Part shown: piece after piece, positions 32,365-42,260 of the stretch
Numbering within the stretch: the stretch's first letter is position 1
Layout of the letters: each line of letters starts with the position of its first letter
Source of the DNA: an uncultured Actinomycetes bacterium
GTDB taxonomy: Bacteria > Actinomycetota > Thermoleophilia > UBA2241
Assembly: GCA_963751565.1 (NCBI GenBank)
Contig: CAVVVA010000003.1
Location: 7,836 to 71,835 of the forward strand
Direction of reading: 5' to 3'
Length of the DNA: 64,000 bases
Position numbers and translations under genes: made by a program
The notes under the pieces: generated by a model
Told to the model about the DNA's origin: nothing
Databases searched by the model: none
The model's input: the letters and a program-made list of their open reading frames with translations, nothing else

Positions 32365-34083
32365 TTGAGTTCTGCCGCAAGACCTGTCCGCAAGTCCCCC
32401 GTCCCCAAGGACATCGAGATCGCCCAGGCGGCGACCATGCAGCCGATCCAGGCGATCGCCGAGAAGGCCGGGATCCTCGACGAAGAGCTCGAGCTCTACG
32501 GCCGCTACAAGGCCAAGATCGACTACATGGCGGTCCTCAGGCGGCTCAAAGACAAACCCGACGGCAAGATCATCGACGTCACCGCCATCACGCCGACGCC
32601 GCTGGGCGAGGGCAAGACCGTCACCGCCATCGGCCTGACCGAGTCGATGAACGCCCTTGGCTACGAGACCATGCTCGCGATCCGCGAGCCCTCACTCGGG
32701 CCGGTGTTCGGCATCAAGGGCGGCGCCGCCGGCGGCGGCTACTCGCAGGTCATCCCCATGGAGGATCTGAATCTTCATTTCACCGGCGACATTCACGCCG
32801 TCGGCACCGCCAACAACCTGCTCGCCGCCATGGTCGAGACGCACCTCATGCACGGCAACGAGCTCAGGATCGATCCGCTCACCATCTCATGGCGGCGCGT
32901 GGTCGACCTGAACGACCGCGCGCTGCGTCACATCGTGGTCGGCCTGGGCGGCAAGCTCAACGGCATCCCGCGCGAGACGGGTTACGACATCACGGTCGCC
33001 AGCGAGGTCATGGCCATCCTCGGTCTCGCCACCTCACTCAAGGACCTGCGGGAGCGCCTCGGCCGCATCACCTTCGGCTACAGCACCGAGGGCAAACCGC
33101 TCACGGCCGAGGACATCAAGGCCGCCGGCAGCATGGCGGTCCTCCTCAAGGACGCGCTCAAGCCGAACATCATGCAGACCCTCGAGGGCAACCCGGCGCT
33201 CGTCCACGCCGGTCCGTTCGCCAACATCGCCCAGGGCAACAACTCGATCATCGCCGACAAGGTCGGCCTGAAGCTCGCGGACTACCTCGTCACCGAGAGC
33301 GGCTTCGGCGCCGACCTGGGTTCCGAGAAGTTCATGGACATCATCTGCCGCTACGCCGGTTTCGCGCCGAGCTGCGTCGTCATCACCTGCACCATGCGCG
33401 CCCTCAAGATGCACGGCGGCCTGCCGGTCGATCCCGAGCTGCTCAAGGCCGAGAACAACGCCGCCCTCGAGAAGGGCTGCGAGAACCTCACCAAGCAGGT
33501 CGAGAACATGAAGCTGTTCGGCATCCCGGTCGTGGTGACCATCAACCGCTTCGCCTTCGACCGCGACGGCGAGGTCGAGATCGTGCGCAAGGCGGCCGTG
33601 GCGGCGGGCGCCGAGGACGCCGTGCCGATCAACGTGCACGCGCTGGGCGGCGACGGCGGCCGGGAGGCGGCCGAGGCCGTCAGGGCGGCGGCCGATCGCG
33701 GCGGCGCCTTTAAGTTCCTCTACCCGCTCGAGGCCTCGATCAAGGAGAAGATCGAGACCATCGCCACCAGGATCTACGGCGCCGACGGTGTCGACTACCT
33801 GCCCGAGGCCGAGGCCAAGGTCAAGCTCTTCACCGAGCAGGGTCTCGACAAGCTGCCGCTCTGCATGGCCAAGACGCACCTCTCGCTGTCGCACGACCCG
33901 GCGCTCAAGGGCCGGCCGCGCGGCTTCCGGGTGCCGATCCGCGACATCCGGCCGGCGACCGGCGCGGGCTACCTCTACCCGCTGCTCGGCGAGATGCGCA
34001 CCATGCCCGGCCTGGCCAAGCGCCCGGCGGCCGTCGACGTCGACATCGACACCGAGACCGGCGTCATCAAGGGCCTGTTCTAG
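32365..34083 (+). CDS. fhs: Formate--tetrahydrofolate ligase
   Basis: TPTPLGEGKT, GIKGGAAGGGYSQV, NLHFTGD, HAGPFANIA, CMAKT, TMPGL. GAGGAGG before TTG 32365. Confidence 0.97.
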   Translation: MSSAARPVRKSPVPKDIEIAQAATMQPIQAIAEKAGILDEELELYGRYKAKIDYMAVLRRLKDKPDGKIIDVTAITPTPLGEGKTVTAIGLTESMNALGYETMLAIREPSLGPVFGIKGGAAGGGYSQVIPMEDLNLHFTGDIHAVGTANNLLAAMVETHLMHGNELRIDPLTISWRRVVDLNDRALRHIVVGLGGKLNGIPRETGYDITVASEVMAILGLATSLKDLRERLGRITFGYSTEGKPLTAEDIKAAGSMAVLLKDALKPNIMQTLEGNPALVHAGPFANIAQGNNSIIADKVGLKLADYLVTESGFGADLGSEKFMDIICRYAGFAPSCVVITCTMRALKMHGGLPVDPELLKAENNAALEKGCENLTKQVENMKLFGIPVVVTINRFAFDRDGEVEIVRKAAVAAGAEDAVPINVHALGGDGGREAAEAVRAAADRGGAFKFLYPLEASIKEKIETIATRIYGADGVDYLPEAEAKVKLFTEQGLDKLPLCMAKTHLSLSHDPALKGRPRGFRVPIRDIRPATGAGYLYPLLGEMRTMPGLAKRPAAVDVDIDTETGVIKGLF

Positions 34084-34232
34084 AGAACGAAGCGAAGGAC
34101 ACGATCCGGGGCGGCGGCGCTGGCAAAGCGCCGCCGCCCCGCGCCGCGGCCGGCCGGCGGCCGGCCGCGGCGCGGCCGCCGGTCCGCCGGCGGCCGGGCC
34201 GGGCCCGTCATCAGTGACCGGGAGGTTGAGCG

Positions 34233-34875
34233 GTGAGCGACGAGGCCACCATCTATCGCGACGAAGCGCTGCAGACCTACGTCGACGCCGCCGCGTCGGG
34301 CAAGCCGGCGCCCGGCGGCGGCAGCGTGTCGGCCTGCGCCGGCGCGCTGGGCGCAGCGCTCGTGTCGATGGTCTGCAACCTGACGATCGGCAAGGAGAAG
34401 TTCGCCGCCGTCGAGTCCCGGGTCGGCGACGTCGTGGCGCGCTCCGAAGCCTGCCGCGACCGAGCTCGAGCGACTCCTGCAGGACGACACCACCGCCTAC
34501 AACGGGGTGATCGAGGGCTACCGCATGCCCAAAGACACGGCCGGGCAGCAGGCCGCCCGCGCGGCCCACATCCAGGCCGCGCTCAAGGTGGCCGCGGGCG
34601 TGCCGCTCGAGATCGCCCGCGTGGCGCTCGACGTCTGCCGTCTGGCCAGGACGGCCGCCGAGCTCGGCAATCCGGCCGCCGTCACCGACGCGGCGATCGG
34701 CGCCATACTCGGCGAGGCCGCCGCTCAGGGCGGCGCCCTGAACGTGCAGATCAACCTGGGCTCGATCAACGACAAGGTCTACGTGGCCGCATGTCGTGCC
34801 GAGCTCGAGGGCATCCTGAGCGAGGCCGTGAGGCTGCGTGCCGAGGTCATGGCCGTCACGCTCGAAAAACTGTGA
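34233..34875 (+). CDS. fchA: FTCD-C family methenyl-THF cyclohydrolase (FchA-like), frameshift near 34460
   Basis: AS..PAPGGGSVSA, MV.NLT.GK, D..AY, VPL, GNP.AVTDA, LNV.INL; lies between fhs and folD. Confidence 0.82.
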
Positions 34876-34930
34876 CGCAAGCGCGCCGGCGGCCTGCCGG
34901 CGCGGCGGCGGGGAAGGACGAAAGATAGAG

Positions 34931-35785
34931 ATGACAGCGCAACTCATCGACGGCAAGGCGATCGCCGAACAGGTGCGCGCCGAGATCGTCGCCGAGGTCG
35001 GCAAGCTCGCCGCCCGGAACATCACTCCGGGTGTGGCGACGATCCTCGTCGGCGACGACGGCGGCGCGCAGTTCTACCGCGGCCAGATCGAGAAGAACAC
35101 CGGCACCGTGGGCTTCGCCTATGCGAACCACACGCTGCCGGCCGGCACGAGCCAGGCCGAGGTCGTCGAGCTGATCGCGCGGCTCAACGCCGACCCCGCC
35201 GTGCACGGCATCCTGGCCCTCATGCCGATGGCCGGCGAGATCGACCAGAACGCCGTGTTCAACGCCATCGCGCCGCTCAAGGACCTAGACTGCGTGAACC
35301 CGGCCAACATCGGTCACGTGCTGCTCGGCGACTTCCTGTTCGCGCCGGCCACGCCGTCGGCCTGCATCGAGATCCTCGATCGCGAGGGCGTGGAGCTGGA
35401 GGGTCTCGACGTGACGATCGTCAACCACTCGAACATCGTCGGCAAGCCGGCGGCGCTGCTGTGTCTCAACCGCAACGCCTCGGTGCACGTGGTGCACGTC
35501 TTCAGCAAGGACGTGCCCTCCGCCTGCCGCGAGGCCGACGTGCTGATCTGCGCCGCGCCGGTGCAGAACCTGATCAAGCGGGACATGGTCAAGCCGGGCG
35601 CGATCGTCGTCGACGTGACGACCATCCGCATCGACGGCAAGCAGGTCGGCAGCCTCGAGTTCGAGGGCGTCTGCGAGGTCGCCTCGAAGGTCACGCCGGT
35701 GCCCGGCGGCGTCGGCCCTGTGACCAACGTGATCCTGCTGCAGAACGCGCTCAAGGCCTGCAAGGCGCAGACGAACGTCTCGTAA
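34931..35785 (+). CDS. folD: Methylene-THF dehydrogenase (FolD family, divergent)
   Basis: LIDGK, ILVGDD, PATP, SNIVGKP, TPVPGGVGP.T; cyclohydrolase motifs altered. Confidence 0.9.
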   Translation: MTAQLIDGKAIAEQVRAEIVAEVGKLAARNITPGVATILVGDDGGAQFYRGQIEKNTGTVGFAYANHTLPAGTSQAEVVELIARLNADPAVHGILALMPMAGEIDQNAVFNAIAPLKDLDCVNPANIGHVLLGDFLFAPATPSACIEILDREGVELEGLDVTIVNHSNIVGKPAALLCLNRNASVHVVHVFSKDVPSACREADVLICAAPVQNLIKRDMVKPGAIVVDVTTIRIDGKQVGSLEFEGVCEVASKVTPVPGGVGPVTNVILLQNALKACKAQTNVS

Positions 35786-35923
35786 CGGGCGGCGGACCGG
35801 ACGGCCCGTCGCCGGAGGGCAACGATGCAGCGGATGCACAGAGGGTCCGGAGAGGTGTACGCTCGACAGGTCGGCTATTATGGAGTGCAGAGATACACTT
35901 AACTTGCCGTCTGCGGCCGTCTG

Positions 35924-36547
35924 GTGGAGCTGGAGAATGCGTGGGAGACACGCCATGGTGACGAGTTCGAGCGCTGGAGTGACGGCGAAACGCCGCGAGA
36001 CGCGGTCGTGCCGCGGCGGCCGATGACGCCGCACCGCGAGCCCGACCGCGGCGAGGACGGCGACCAGATCGACCTCGCGTCGCTGCCCGAGATCATCGGC
36101 TGCGAGCGGCCGTCGCCAAGCGACCTCATTCCGATCCTGCAGCGAGTGCAGCACGCCTGCGGGTACCTTCCGGAACCCGTGGTCGACGAGATCGCGCGCC
36201 TCACCGGCATTCCCGCTTCGCGCATCTACGGCGTGGTCACCTTCTACGCCCAGTTCTCGACGGTTCCCAGCGGCCGTCACAAGGTGTGCGTCTGCCAGGG
36301 GACGGCCTGTCACGTGCGCGGCGGCGACGAGGTGTTGCGGGCGGTCCGCAAGGACCTGTCGATCGCGCCGGGTGAGACGACGCCCGACCTCGACTTCACG
36401 CTCGACACGGTCGCCTGCCTCGGCGCCTGCTCGTTCGCGCCGGTCATGACGGTGGACGGGCAGTACTTCGGCAAGATGAAGGGCTCGCGCGTCGCTCCCA
36501 TCCTGGACGAGTCGCGAAGCGCGTCGCGCGAGGAGGGGACGGCGTAA
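35924..36547 (+). CDS. NuoE/HydC-like [2Fe-2S] subunit (start uncertain, possibly 36023)
   Basis: LIPILQ..Q...GYLP, YGVVTFY.QF, CQGTACHVRG, CLGACSFAPV. Confidence 0.9.
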   Translation: MELENAWETRHGDEFERWSDGETPRDAVVPRRPMTPHREPDRGEDGDQIDLASLPEIIGCERPSPSDLIPILQRVQHACGYLPEPVVDEIARLTGIPASRIYGVVTFYAQFSTVPSGRHKVCVCQGTACHVRGGDEVLRAVRKDLSIAPGETTPDLDFTLDTVACLGACSFAPVMTVDGQYFGKMKGSRVAPILDESRSASREEGTA

Positions 36548-36548
36548 G

Positions 36549-39500
36549 GTGGCGACCGTCGCGTCCCCCCGCCTCACCTCGCTTCCCGCCCTCTCCGAGT
36601 ACCGGCGGCAGCTCCTCGCCCGGCCGCGGGCGGCGACCGTCGTGCAGGTCTGCGGCGACACGGGCTGCCGCGCCGGGGGCGGCGCCGCCGTCCACGAGGC
36701 GCTCGAACGAGCGGTGCGCGAGCGCGGCCTGAGCGACGTCGAGGTGCGCAGGACCGGCTGCCACGGCTTCTGTTCACGCGGACCGGTGGTGGTCGTCGAG
36801 AAGACCTCCAGCGGTGAGGAGCCGGAGACGGTCTTCTATCAGAGGGTGGAGCCCGGCGACGTGCCCGACATCGTCGCGCACACGCTGCTGCGCGGCGATG
36901 TCGTCGAGCGCCTCACCTACGTGGGCGACGACGGGAAGCACGTCGCCCGGCTCGACCAGATCCCCTTCTTCACCCGGCAGAAGCTGGTCGTCCTGCGCAA
37001 CTGCGGCACGATCGACCCGACCGACATCGACGCCTTCGTGGCGCGCGACGGCTACGTGGCGCTCGCCAGGGCGCTCGGCGAGATGGCGCCGCAGAAGGTG
37101 ATCGACGAGATCGTCGCCAGCGGGCTGCGGGGCCGTGGCGGCGGTGGTTTTTCGACAGGAGTCAAGTGGGGGCTCACCGCGCGCCAGCCCGGCGACAAGA
37201 AATACATCGTCTGCAATGCCGACGAAGGCGACCCCGGGGCGTTCATGGATCGCGGCGTGCTCGAAGGCGACACGCACGCCGTGCTCGAGGGCATGATCAT
37301 CGGCGCCTACGCGATGGGCGCCGACGAGGGCTACGTCTACTGCCGCGCGGAGTATCCGACGGCGATCAGGCATCTGCACATCGCCATCGCCCAGGCCGAG
37401 GCGCTCGGCCTGCTGGGCGACGACATCCTGGGCAGCGGCTTCAACTTTCACGTCAATGTCAAAGAGGGCGCCGGCGCGTTCGTGTGCGGCGAGGAGACGG
37501 CGCTCATGGCGAGCATCGAGGGCAAGCGCGGCATGCCGCACCCGCGGCCCCCCTTCCCGGCCGTCTCGGGCCTCTGGGGCAAACCGACGAACATCAACAA
37601 CGTGGAGACCTGGGCGAACGTGGCGCCGATCATCCTGAAGGGCGCGGCCTGGTTCGCCTCGATGGGGACCGACGGCAGCAAAGGCACCAAGGTCTTCTCG
37701 CTGGCCGGCAAGGTCAACAACACCGGCCTCGTCGAAGTGCCGATGGGCGTCACGCTGCGCGAGCTGATCTTCGACGTCGGCGGGGGGATCACGCGCAACC
37801 GGCACTTCAAGGCGGTGCAGATGGGTGGCCCCTCGGGCGGCTGTCTGAGCGAGAAGCACCTCGACCTGCCGGTCGACTACGACTCGCTCAAGCTCGCCGG
37901 CGCGATCATGGGCTCGGGCGGTGTGATCGTCACCGACGAGACGACCTGCATGGTCGATTTCGCCAGGTTCTTCGTGAACTTCACGCAGGCCGAGTCGTGC
38001 GGCAAGTGCGTGCCGTGCCGCCTGGGCACCAAGCGCATGCTCGAGATCCTCGAGAAGATCACGCGGGGCGAGGGCGAGCTGGCCGACATCGACCGCCTCG
38101 AGCGGCTCGCCAACATGGTCAGGACGACGAGCCTGTGCGGCCTCGGGCAGACCGCGCCCAACCCCGTGCTCTCCACGATCAAGTACTTTCGCCACGAGTA
38201 CGAGGAGCACATTCTCGAGAAGAAGTGCTCGGCCTGCCAGTGCGAGGAGCTGGTCAAGGCGCCCTGCACGCACACCTGTCCGGCCGGTGTCGACACGCCG
38301 AGCTACCTCGCGCTCGTCGCCGCCGGCCAGTTCGAGGATGCCGTGGCGGTCCACATGGAGCGCAACCCCTTCCCGAGCATCTGCGGACGCGTCTGCAACC
38401 ACCCCTGCGAGGCGATGTGCAAGCGGGCCGAGATCGACGACCCCGTGTCGGTGACCGCGGTCAAGCGCTTCATGGCCGACGCCGTTCCCTCGACCGAGGT
38501 CGTAAAGCCGGTGGCGCCGCTGCAATCTGCGAAGGTCGCGGTCGTCGGCGCCGGTCCCGGTGGGCTGTCGTGCGCCTACCAGCTCGCCCTCTCCGGGTTC
38601 CCGGTCACCGTGTTCGAAGCGCTGCCCGTGGCCGGCGGCATGCTTCAGGTCGGCCTGCCCGACTTCAGGATGCCGAAGGACGTGGTGGCTCGCGAGGTCC
38701 GGGCGATCCTCCACGTCGGTGTCGAGCTGCGGACGGGCCAGAGGCTGGGCCGCGACTTCACCATCGGCTCCCTCCTCGACGACGGCTACGCCGCCGTCTT
38801 CCTGGCGATCGGCGCGCACGAGACCAAGCCGCTCGGCGTGGACGGCGAGGACGCCGAAGGCGTGCTGCCGGGCGTCGAGTTCCTGCGCGACGTCAACCTG
38901 GGCGGTCGTCCGGCGGTCGGCCGCAAGGTGGCGGTGGTGGGCGGCGGCTCTGTCGCCATGGACGCGGCGCGCACCGCGCTGCGCCTGCAGGAGATGGCCG
39001 GAATCACTCGCGACGTGACCCTCGTCTACCGCCGGTCGCAGGCGGAGATGCCCGCCTACGCCTGGGAGGTCCTCGAGGGTGATGAAGAAGGGCTCAGGTT
39101 CGAGTACCTGGTCGCCCCGCGTCGCGTGCTCAAGGACGACCACGGGCATGTCCGCGGTCTCGAAGGCGCGCGGATGGTGCTCGGCGAGCCCGACGACAGC
39201 GGACGCCGTCGTCCGGTCCCCGTTCCGGGCTCCGAGTTCGTGATCGACTGCGACACGGTGATCCCGGCGATCGGTCAGTCCGTCGACCTGTCCTGGCGCG
39301 ACGGCGAGGGCATCGCCGTGAGCGAGTGGGGGACGATCGTCGCCGATCCGTTCGACTACCGGACGGCCAATCCCAAGGTGTTCGCCGGCGGCGACGTCGT
39401 GAGGGGCCCGGCGACGCTCGTCGAGGCGATCGGCGACGGTCAGCGCGCCGCCTTTGCCATCGAGCGGTTTCTGACCGGGCGCTCCTCCCGGCAGGACGCG

Positions 39501-39698
39501 CTCGACGAGCTGCGCCGGCGGCGAGTGCCGCGTGCGGCGGGAGCCGCGCCCGACGATGCCGAGCTGCCGCGGGTGCAGCCGGAGCGTGTGCCCGCGCAGG
39601 AGCGCGTGAGAAGCTTCGTCGAAGTCGTCTGCAACATCACCGACGAGCAGGCTCGTTGCGAAGCTTCGCGCTGTCTGCGATGCGACCTGGAGCACTAG
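36549..39698 (+). CDS. NuoF/HydB-like NADH-binding flavoprotein fused to a GltD/NfnB-like FAD/NAD(P)H module
   Basis: N-terminal 2Fe-2S (CGDTGC, GCHGFC), SGLRGRGGGGF, CNADEGDPGA, FVCGEETAL, SCGKCVPCR; then PCTHTCP, CGRVCNHPCE, GAGPGG, GGGSVAMDAAR, YRR, FAGGD, EASRCLRC. Confidence 0.92.
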   Translation: MATVASPRLTSLPALSEYRRQLLARPRAATVVQVCGDTGCRAGGGAAVHEALERAVRERGLSDVEVRRTGCHGFCSRGPVVVVEKTSSGEEPETVFYQRVEPGDVPDIVAHTLLRGDVVERLTYVGDDGKHVARLDQIPFFTRQKLVVLRNCGTIDPTDIDAFVARDGYVALARALGEMAPQKVIDEIVASGLRGRGGGGFSTGVKWGLTARQPGDKKYIVCNADEGDPGAFMDRGVLEGDTHAVLEGMIIGAYAMGADEGYVYCRAEYPTAIRHLHIAIAQAEALGLLGDDILGSGFNFHVNVKEGAGAFVCGEETALMASIEGKRGMPHPRPPFPAVSGLWGKPTNINNVETWANVAPIILKGAAWFASMGTDGSKGTKVFSLAGKVNNTGLVEVPMGVTLRELIFDVGGGITRNRHFKAVQMGGPSGGCLSEKHLDLPVDYDSLKLAGAIMGSGGVIVTDETTCMVDFARFFVNFTQAESCGKCVPCRLGTKRMLEILEKITRGEGELADIDRLERLANMVRTTSLCGLGQTAPNPVLSTIKYFRHEYEEHILEKKCSACQCEELVKAPCTHTCPAGVDTPSYLALVAAGQFEDAVAVHMERNPFPSICGRVCNHPCEAMCKRAEIDDPVSVTAVKRFMADAVPSTEVVKPVAPLQSAKVAVVGAGPGGLSCAYQLALSGFPVTVFEALPVAGGMLQVGLPDFRMPKDVVAREVRAILHVGVELRTGQRLGRDFTIGSLLDDGYAAVFLAIGAHETKPLGVDGEDAEGVLPGVEFLRDVNLGGRPAVGRKVAVVGGGSVAMDAARTALRLQEMAGITRDVTLVYRRSQAEMPAYAWEVLEGDEEGLRFEYLVAPRRVLKDDHGHVRGLEGARMVLGEPDDSGRRRPVPVPGSEFVIDCDTVIPAIGQSVDLSWRDGEGIAVSEWGTIVADPFDYRTANPKVFAGGDVVRGPATLVEAIGDGQRAAFAIERFLTGRSSRQDALDELRRRRVPRAAGAAPDDAELPRVQPERVPAQERVRSFVEVVCNITDEQARCEASRCLRCDLEH

Positions 39699-39969
39699 CC
39701 GCAAGGCGGTTCGACCGACGCGACAGGCCGGCCTGACGCGCACGTAGGCCCCGCACCACTCGCATTGGCGGGGCAGGTGCGATATCCTGCGCGCCGTGGG
39801 GGGTGTCCGTGGGTCTGCGTGGCCGCCGCTAGCCTGTGGTGCCGACTGTCAGAAACCGACGCATGGTCGCAGCCGGGTGTGCGAAACCTACGAGGCTCCG
39901 CGGCAGGTTGACATTTTCCGACGGTTGGATTGAAGTACATCAGATTGCACAGGCGATGAGGGGTCTGGG

Positions 39970-40461
39970 GTGATATTCAGTCTCGACGCGATCGATCGTC
40001 AGATCGCCGCGCTTCTTTCGGAGGACGGCCGCATCTCGTCGGCCGAAATGACGCGGCGCATCGGTCACGTGTCCGAACGGGCCGTGCGGTACCGCATCGA
40101 GCGGCTCGTGCGGACCGGGGTGGTCAAGGTCACCGCCGTCGTCAATCCCCAGGCCGTCGGCTACAGGGTCACCGGCGACGTGATCATCGAGGTCGCGCCC
40201 GGCATGCTGCAGGCGGTGGCCGAGCAGCTCTGCGGCCTCGACAACATCAGCTACGTCGCCGGATCGGTCGGCGACGGCGACTTGAGCGCGCAGGTCTACG
40301 CGCGCGACACCGAAGACCTGCTGCGCTTCGTCGACGAGGTGATCGGCAAGGTCCGGGGAGTCTCGCGGACACGGACCGTCGTGGTCCCCTGGAAGCTCAA
40401 GGACGTCTATCAGTGGCGCATTCCCGAGGCGGTCGGGGAGAAGGGAGGCGGCGGACTCTAG
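39970..40461 (+). CDS. Lrp/AsnC family transcriptional regulator
   Basis: LD.IDRQI...L..DGR.S HTH, V..RI.RL...GV, C-terminal RAM domain. TTGACA at 39908. Confidence 0.9.
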   Translation: MIFSLDAIDRQIAALLSEDGRISSAEMTRRIGHVSERAVRYRIERLVRTGVVKVTAVVNPQAVGYRVTGDVIIEVAPGMLQAVAEQLCGLDNISYVAGSVGDGDLSAQVYARDTEDLLRFVDEVIGKVRGVSRTRTVVVPWKLKDVYQWRIPEAVGEKGGGGL

Positions 40462-40546
40462 ATACGTCAGGAGTGTTTGGATGTCCGTCCGCGTGTCTCT
40501 CAGCTTGATCGCCGGGCGGTCGTTGAAGGGATCCAAGGGGGCGATA

Positions 40547-42190
40547 GTGTCTGACGAACTAGCTTATGCACGCAAGGCAAGCGGCCTCGTGCGCGGTCTG
40601 TCCATGATGGACGCGTTCGCGGTCGGCTTCATGAACCAGGGCCTCACGCCCAGCATCTGGGTGACCATCAGCCTCGGTCTCGGGCGTCTTCCTGGGCGGC
40701 AACCTGATCATCGCCGCCATCATCTCGGCGGTGCTGGCCGGCATCGGCTTCCCGCTCGTCTGGGGCATCCTCGGCGGCTCCATGCCGCGGTCGGGCGGCG
40801 AGTATGTCTACAACTCGCGCATCATCCACCCGGTCTACGGCATCGCGCAGAGCTTCGGCGACGCCGCCATCTGGCTGATGTGGCTCTACGTGCTGGCGCC
40901 GCTGGCGGTCGACCCCGGACTCACCATGTCGTTCAACTACGTGGGCTGGACCGGCGCCGCCAACTGGCTGGTCAGCGCCACGTGGCACACGTTCCTCATC
41001 GCGTACTATTCTCAATGTCATCGGCTTTCTGTTCGTCGTCTTCGGCATCAAGATCTTCGCCCGGGTGCAGAAGATCGTCATGTTCTTCGGCATCGGCGGC
41101 TGCGCCGTGATCGGCGTCGTCCTGACCTTCACGTCACGGTCCCTTTTCATGAGCAAGTGGAACGCGGCCGCCGCGGCAAACCACGGGCCCACCTACCACG
41201 CCTTCATCAATCAGGTCGGCACGGCCGCCGGGCAGGTCATGCCCACGCACACGGAACTGGTGCGCCACGCTGGGCACCATGGTCGCCATGTCGTGGCTGT
41301 TCGCCTACGCCTACTCGATCGCCTTCATCGCCGGCGAGGTCAAGCGCCCCGACAAGTCGATCATCTGGGCCAACATCTTCGCCATCGCGGTGCCGTTCGT
41401 CTTCATGATGTGGTTCGCGATCATCCTGTACCACACGGTGGGCTTCCAGTTCCTGAACGCCTCGGCCTGGAACGACCAGAACGGCGCCGGTCGCCTCGAT
41501 GGCCCACATGCCCTACGGCAGCAACTTCATCGACCTGGCCGTCTACGTCATAGGCACGTCGGCCTGGTACACGAAGCTCGCCGCGTTCATCATGGGCTTC
41601 TCGTATGTGGCCTTCACCGTCTGGTGGCTGGCGCTTTCGTACCTGGCCTTCCCGCGCATCCTGTTCGCCTGGGGCATGGATCGCATGGGCCCCAAGTGGT
41701 TCACCGACATCAACCCGCGCTTCGCCTCGCCGGTCAAGAACCACATCCTCTGCCTCGTCCTGGGCCAGGGGCTGCTGCTGATCGTCTACTACGCTCTGGC
41801 TGCACGAACACGATGCAGAACATCGTGCTCACCGGCATGCAGGTGACCTCGGTGTTCATCCCGACGGCGATCGCCGCCCTTCTGGTTCCCCTACATCACG
41901 CGGGCCAAGGGCGTGTGGGATTCGTCGCCGTACAAGAAGTGGACCTTCCTCGGCCTGCCCGTGGTCGTCTGGGGCGCCTCGGTCGACATGGTCTACCTCT
42001 GCATCCTGCTCTACTACTTCATCGTCCACAACGCGGCGACCGGCCACGTTCACCTGGCCATCGCGTCATTCTGTTCGTGGCAGTCTGGGTCGCCGGCATC
42101 ATCTGGTACTACGCCTGGAGCGCCTACAACAAGTCCAAGTCCGGCATGGACATCTCGGCCGTCACCTACGGCGAGCTGCCTCCGGAGTGA
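40547..42190 (+). pseudogene. APC family amino acid/polyamine permease with multiple frameshifts (pseudogene or assembly errors)
   Basis: YARKASGLVR, MPRSGGEYVYNSR, AGEVK, RILFAWGMDR, YGELPPE spread over all three frames with at least six frame changes. Confidence 0.8.
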
Positions 42191-42205
42191 CCTGACAAGC
42201 GGCGT

Positions 42206-42240
42206 GGGGGGCGGGAGTCCCAACTCCCGCCCCCCAGTTT
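42206..42240 (+). terminator. Hairpin with short T tract between the permease and the phosphoesterase
   Basis: TGGGGGCGGGAGT-CCCA-ACTCCCGCCCCCA then GTTT. Confidence 0.6.
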
Positions 42241-42260
42241 CATCACAGGGAGCGTGATAG

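Noticed and set aside
35924-39698. NuoE/NuoF as part of respiratory complex I or a hydrogenase
   Set aside because: No other nuo subunits and no H-cluster or NiFe motifs are present; NuoF is fused to a GltD-like module.
39699-39960. Riboswitch in the intergenic region before the Lrp gene
   Set aside because: No known aptamer consensus or convincing stems; only a TTGACA without a clear -10 partner.
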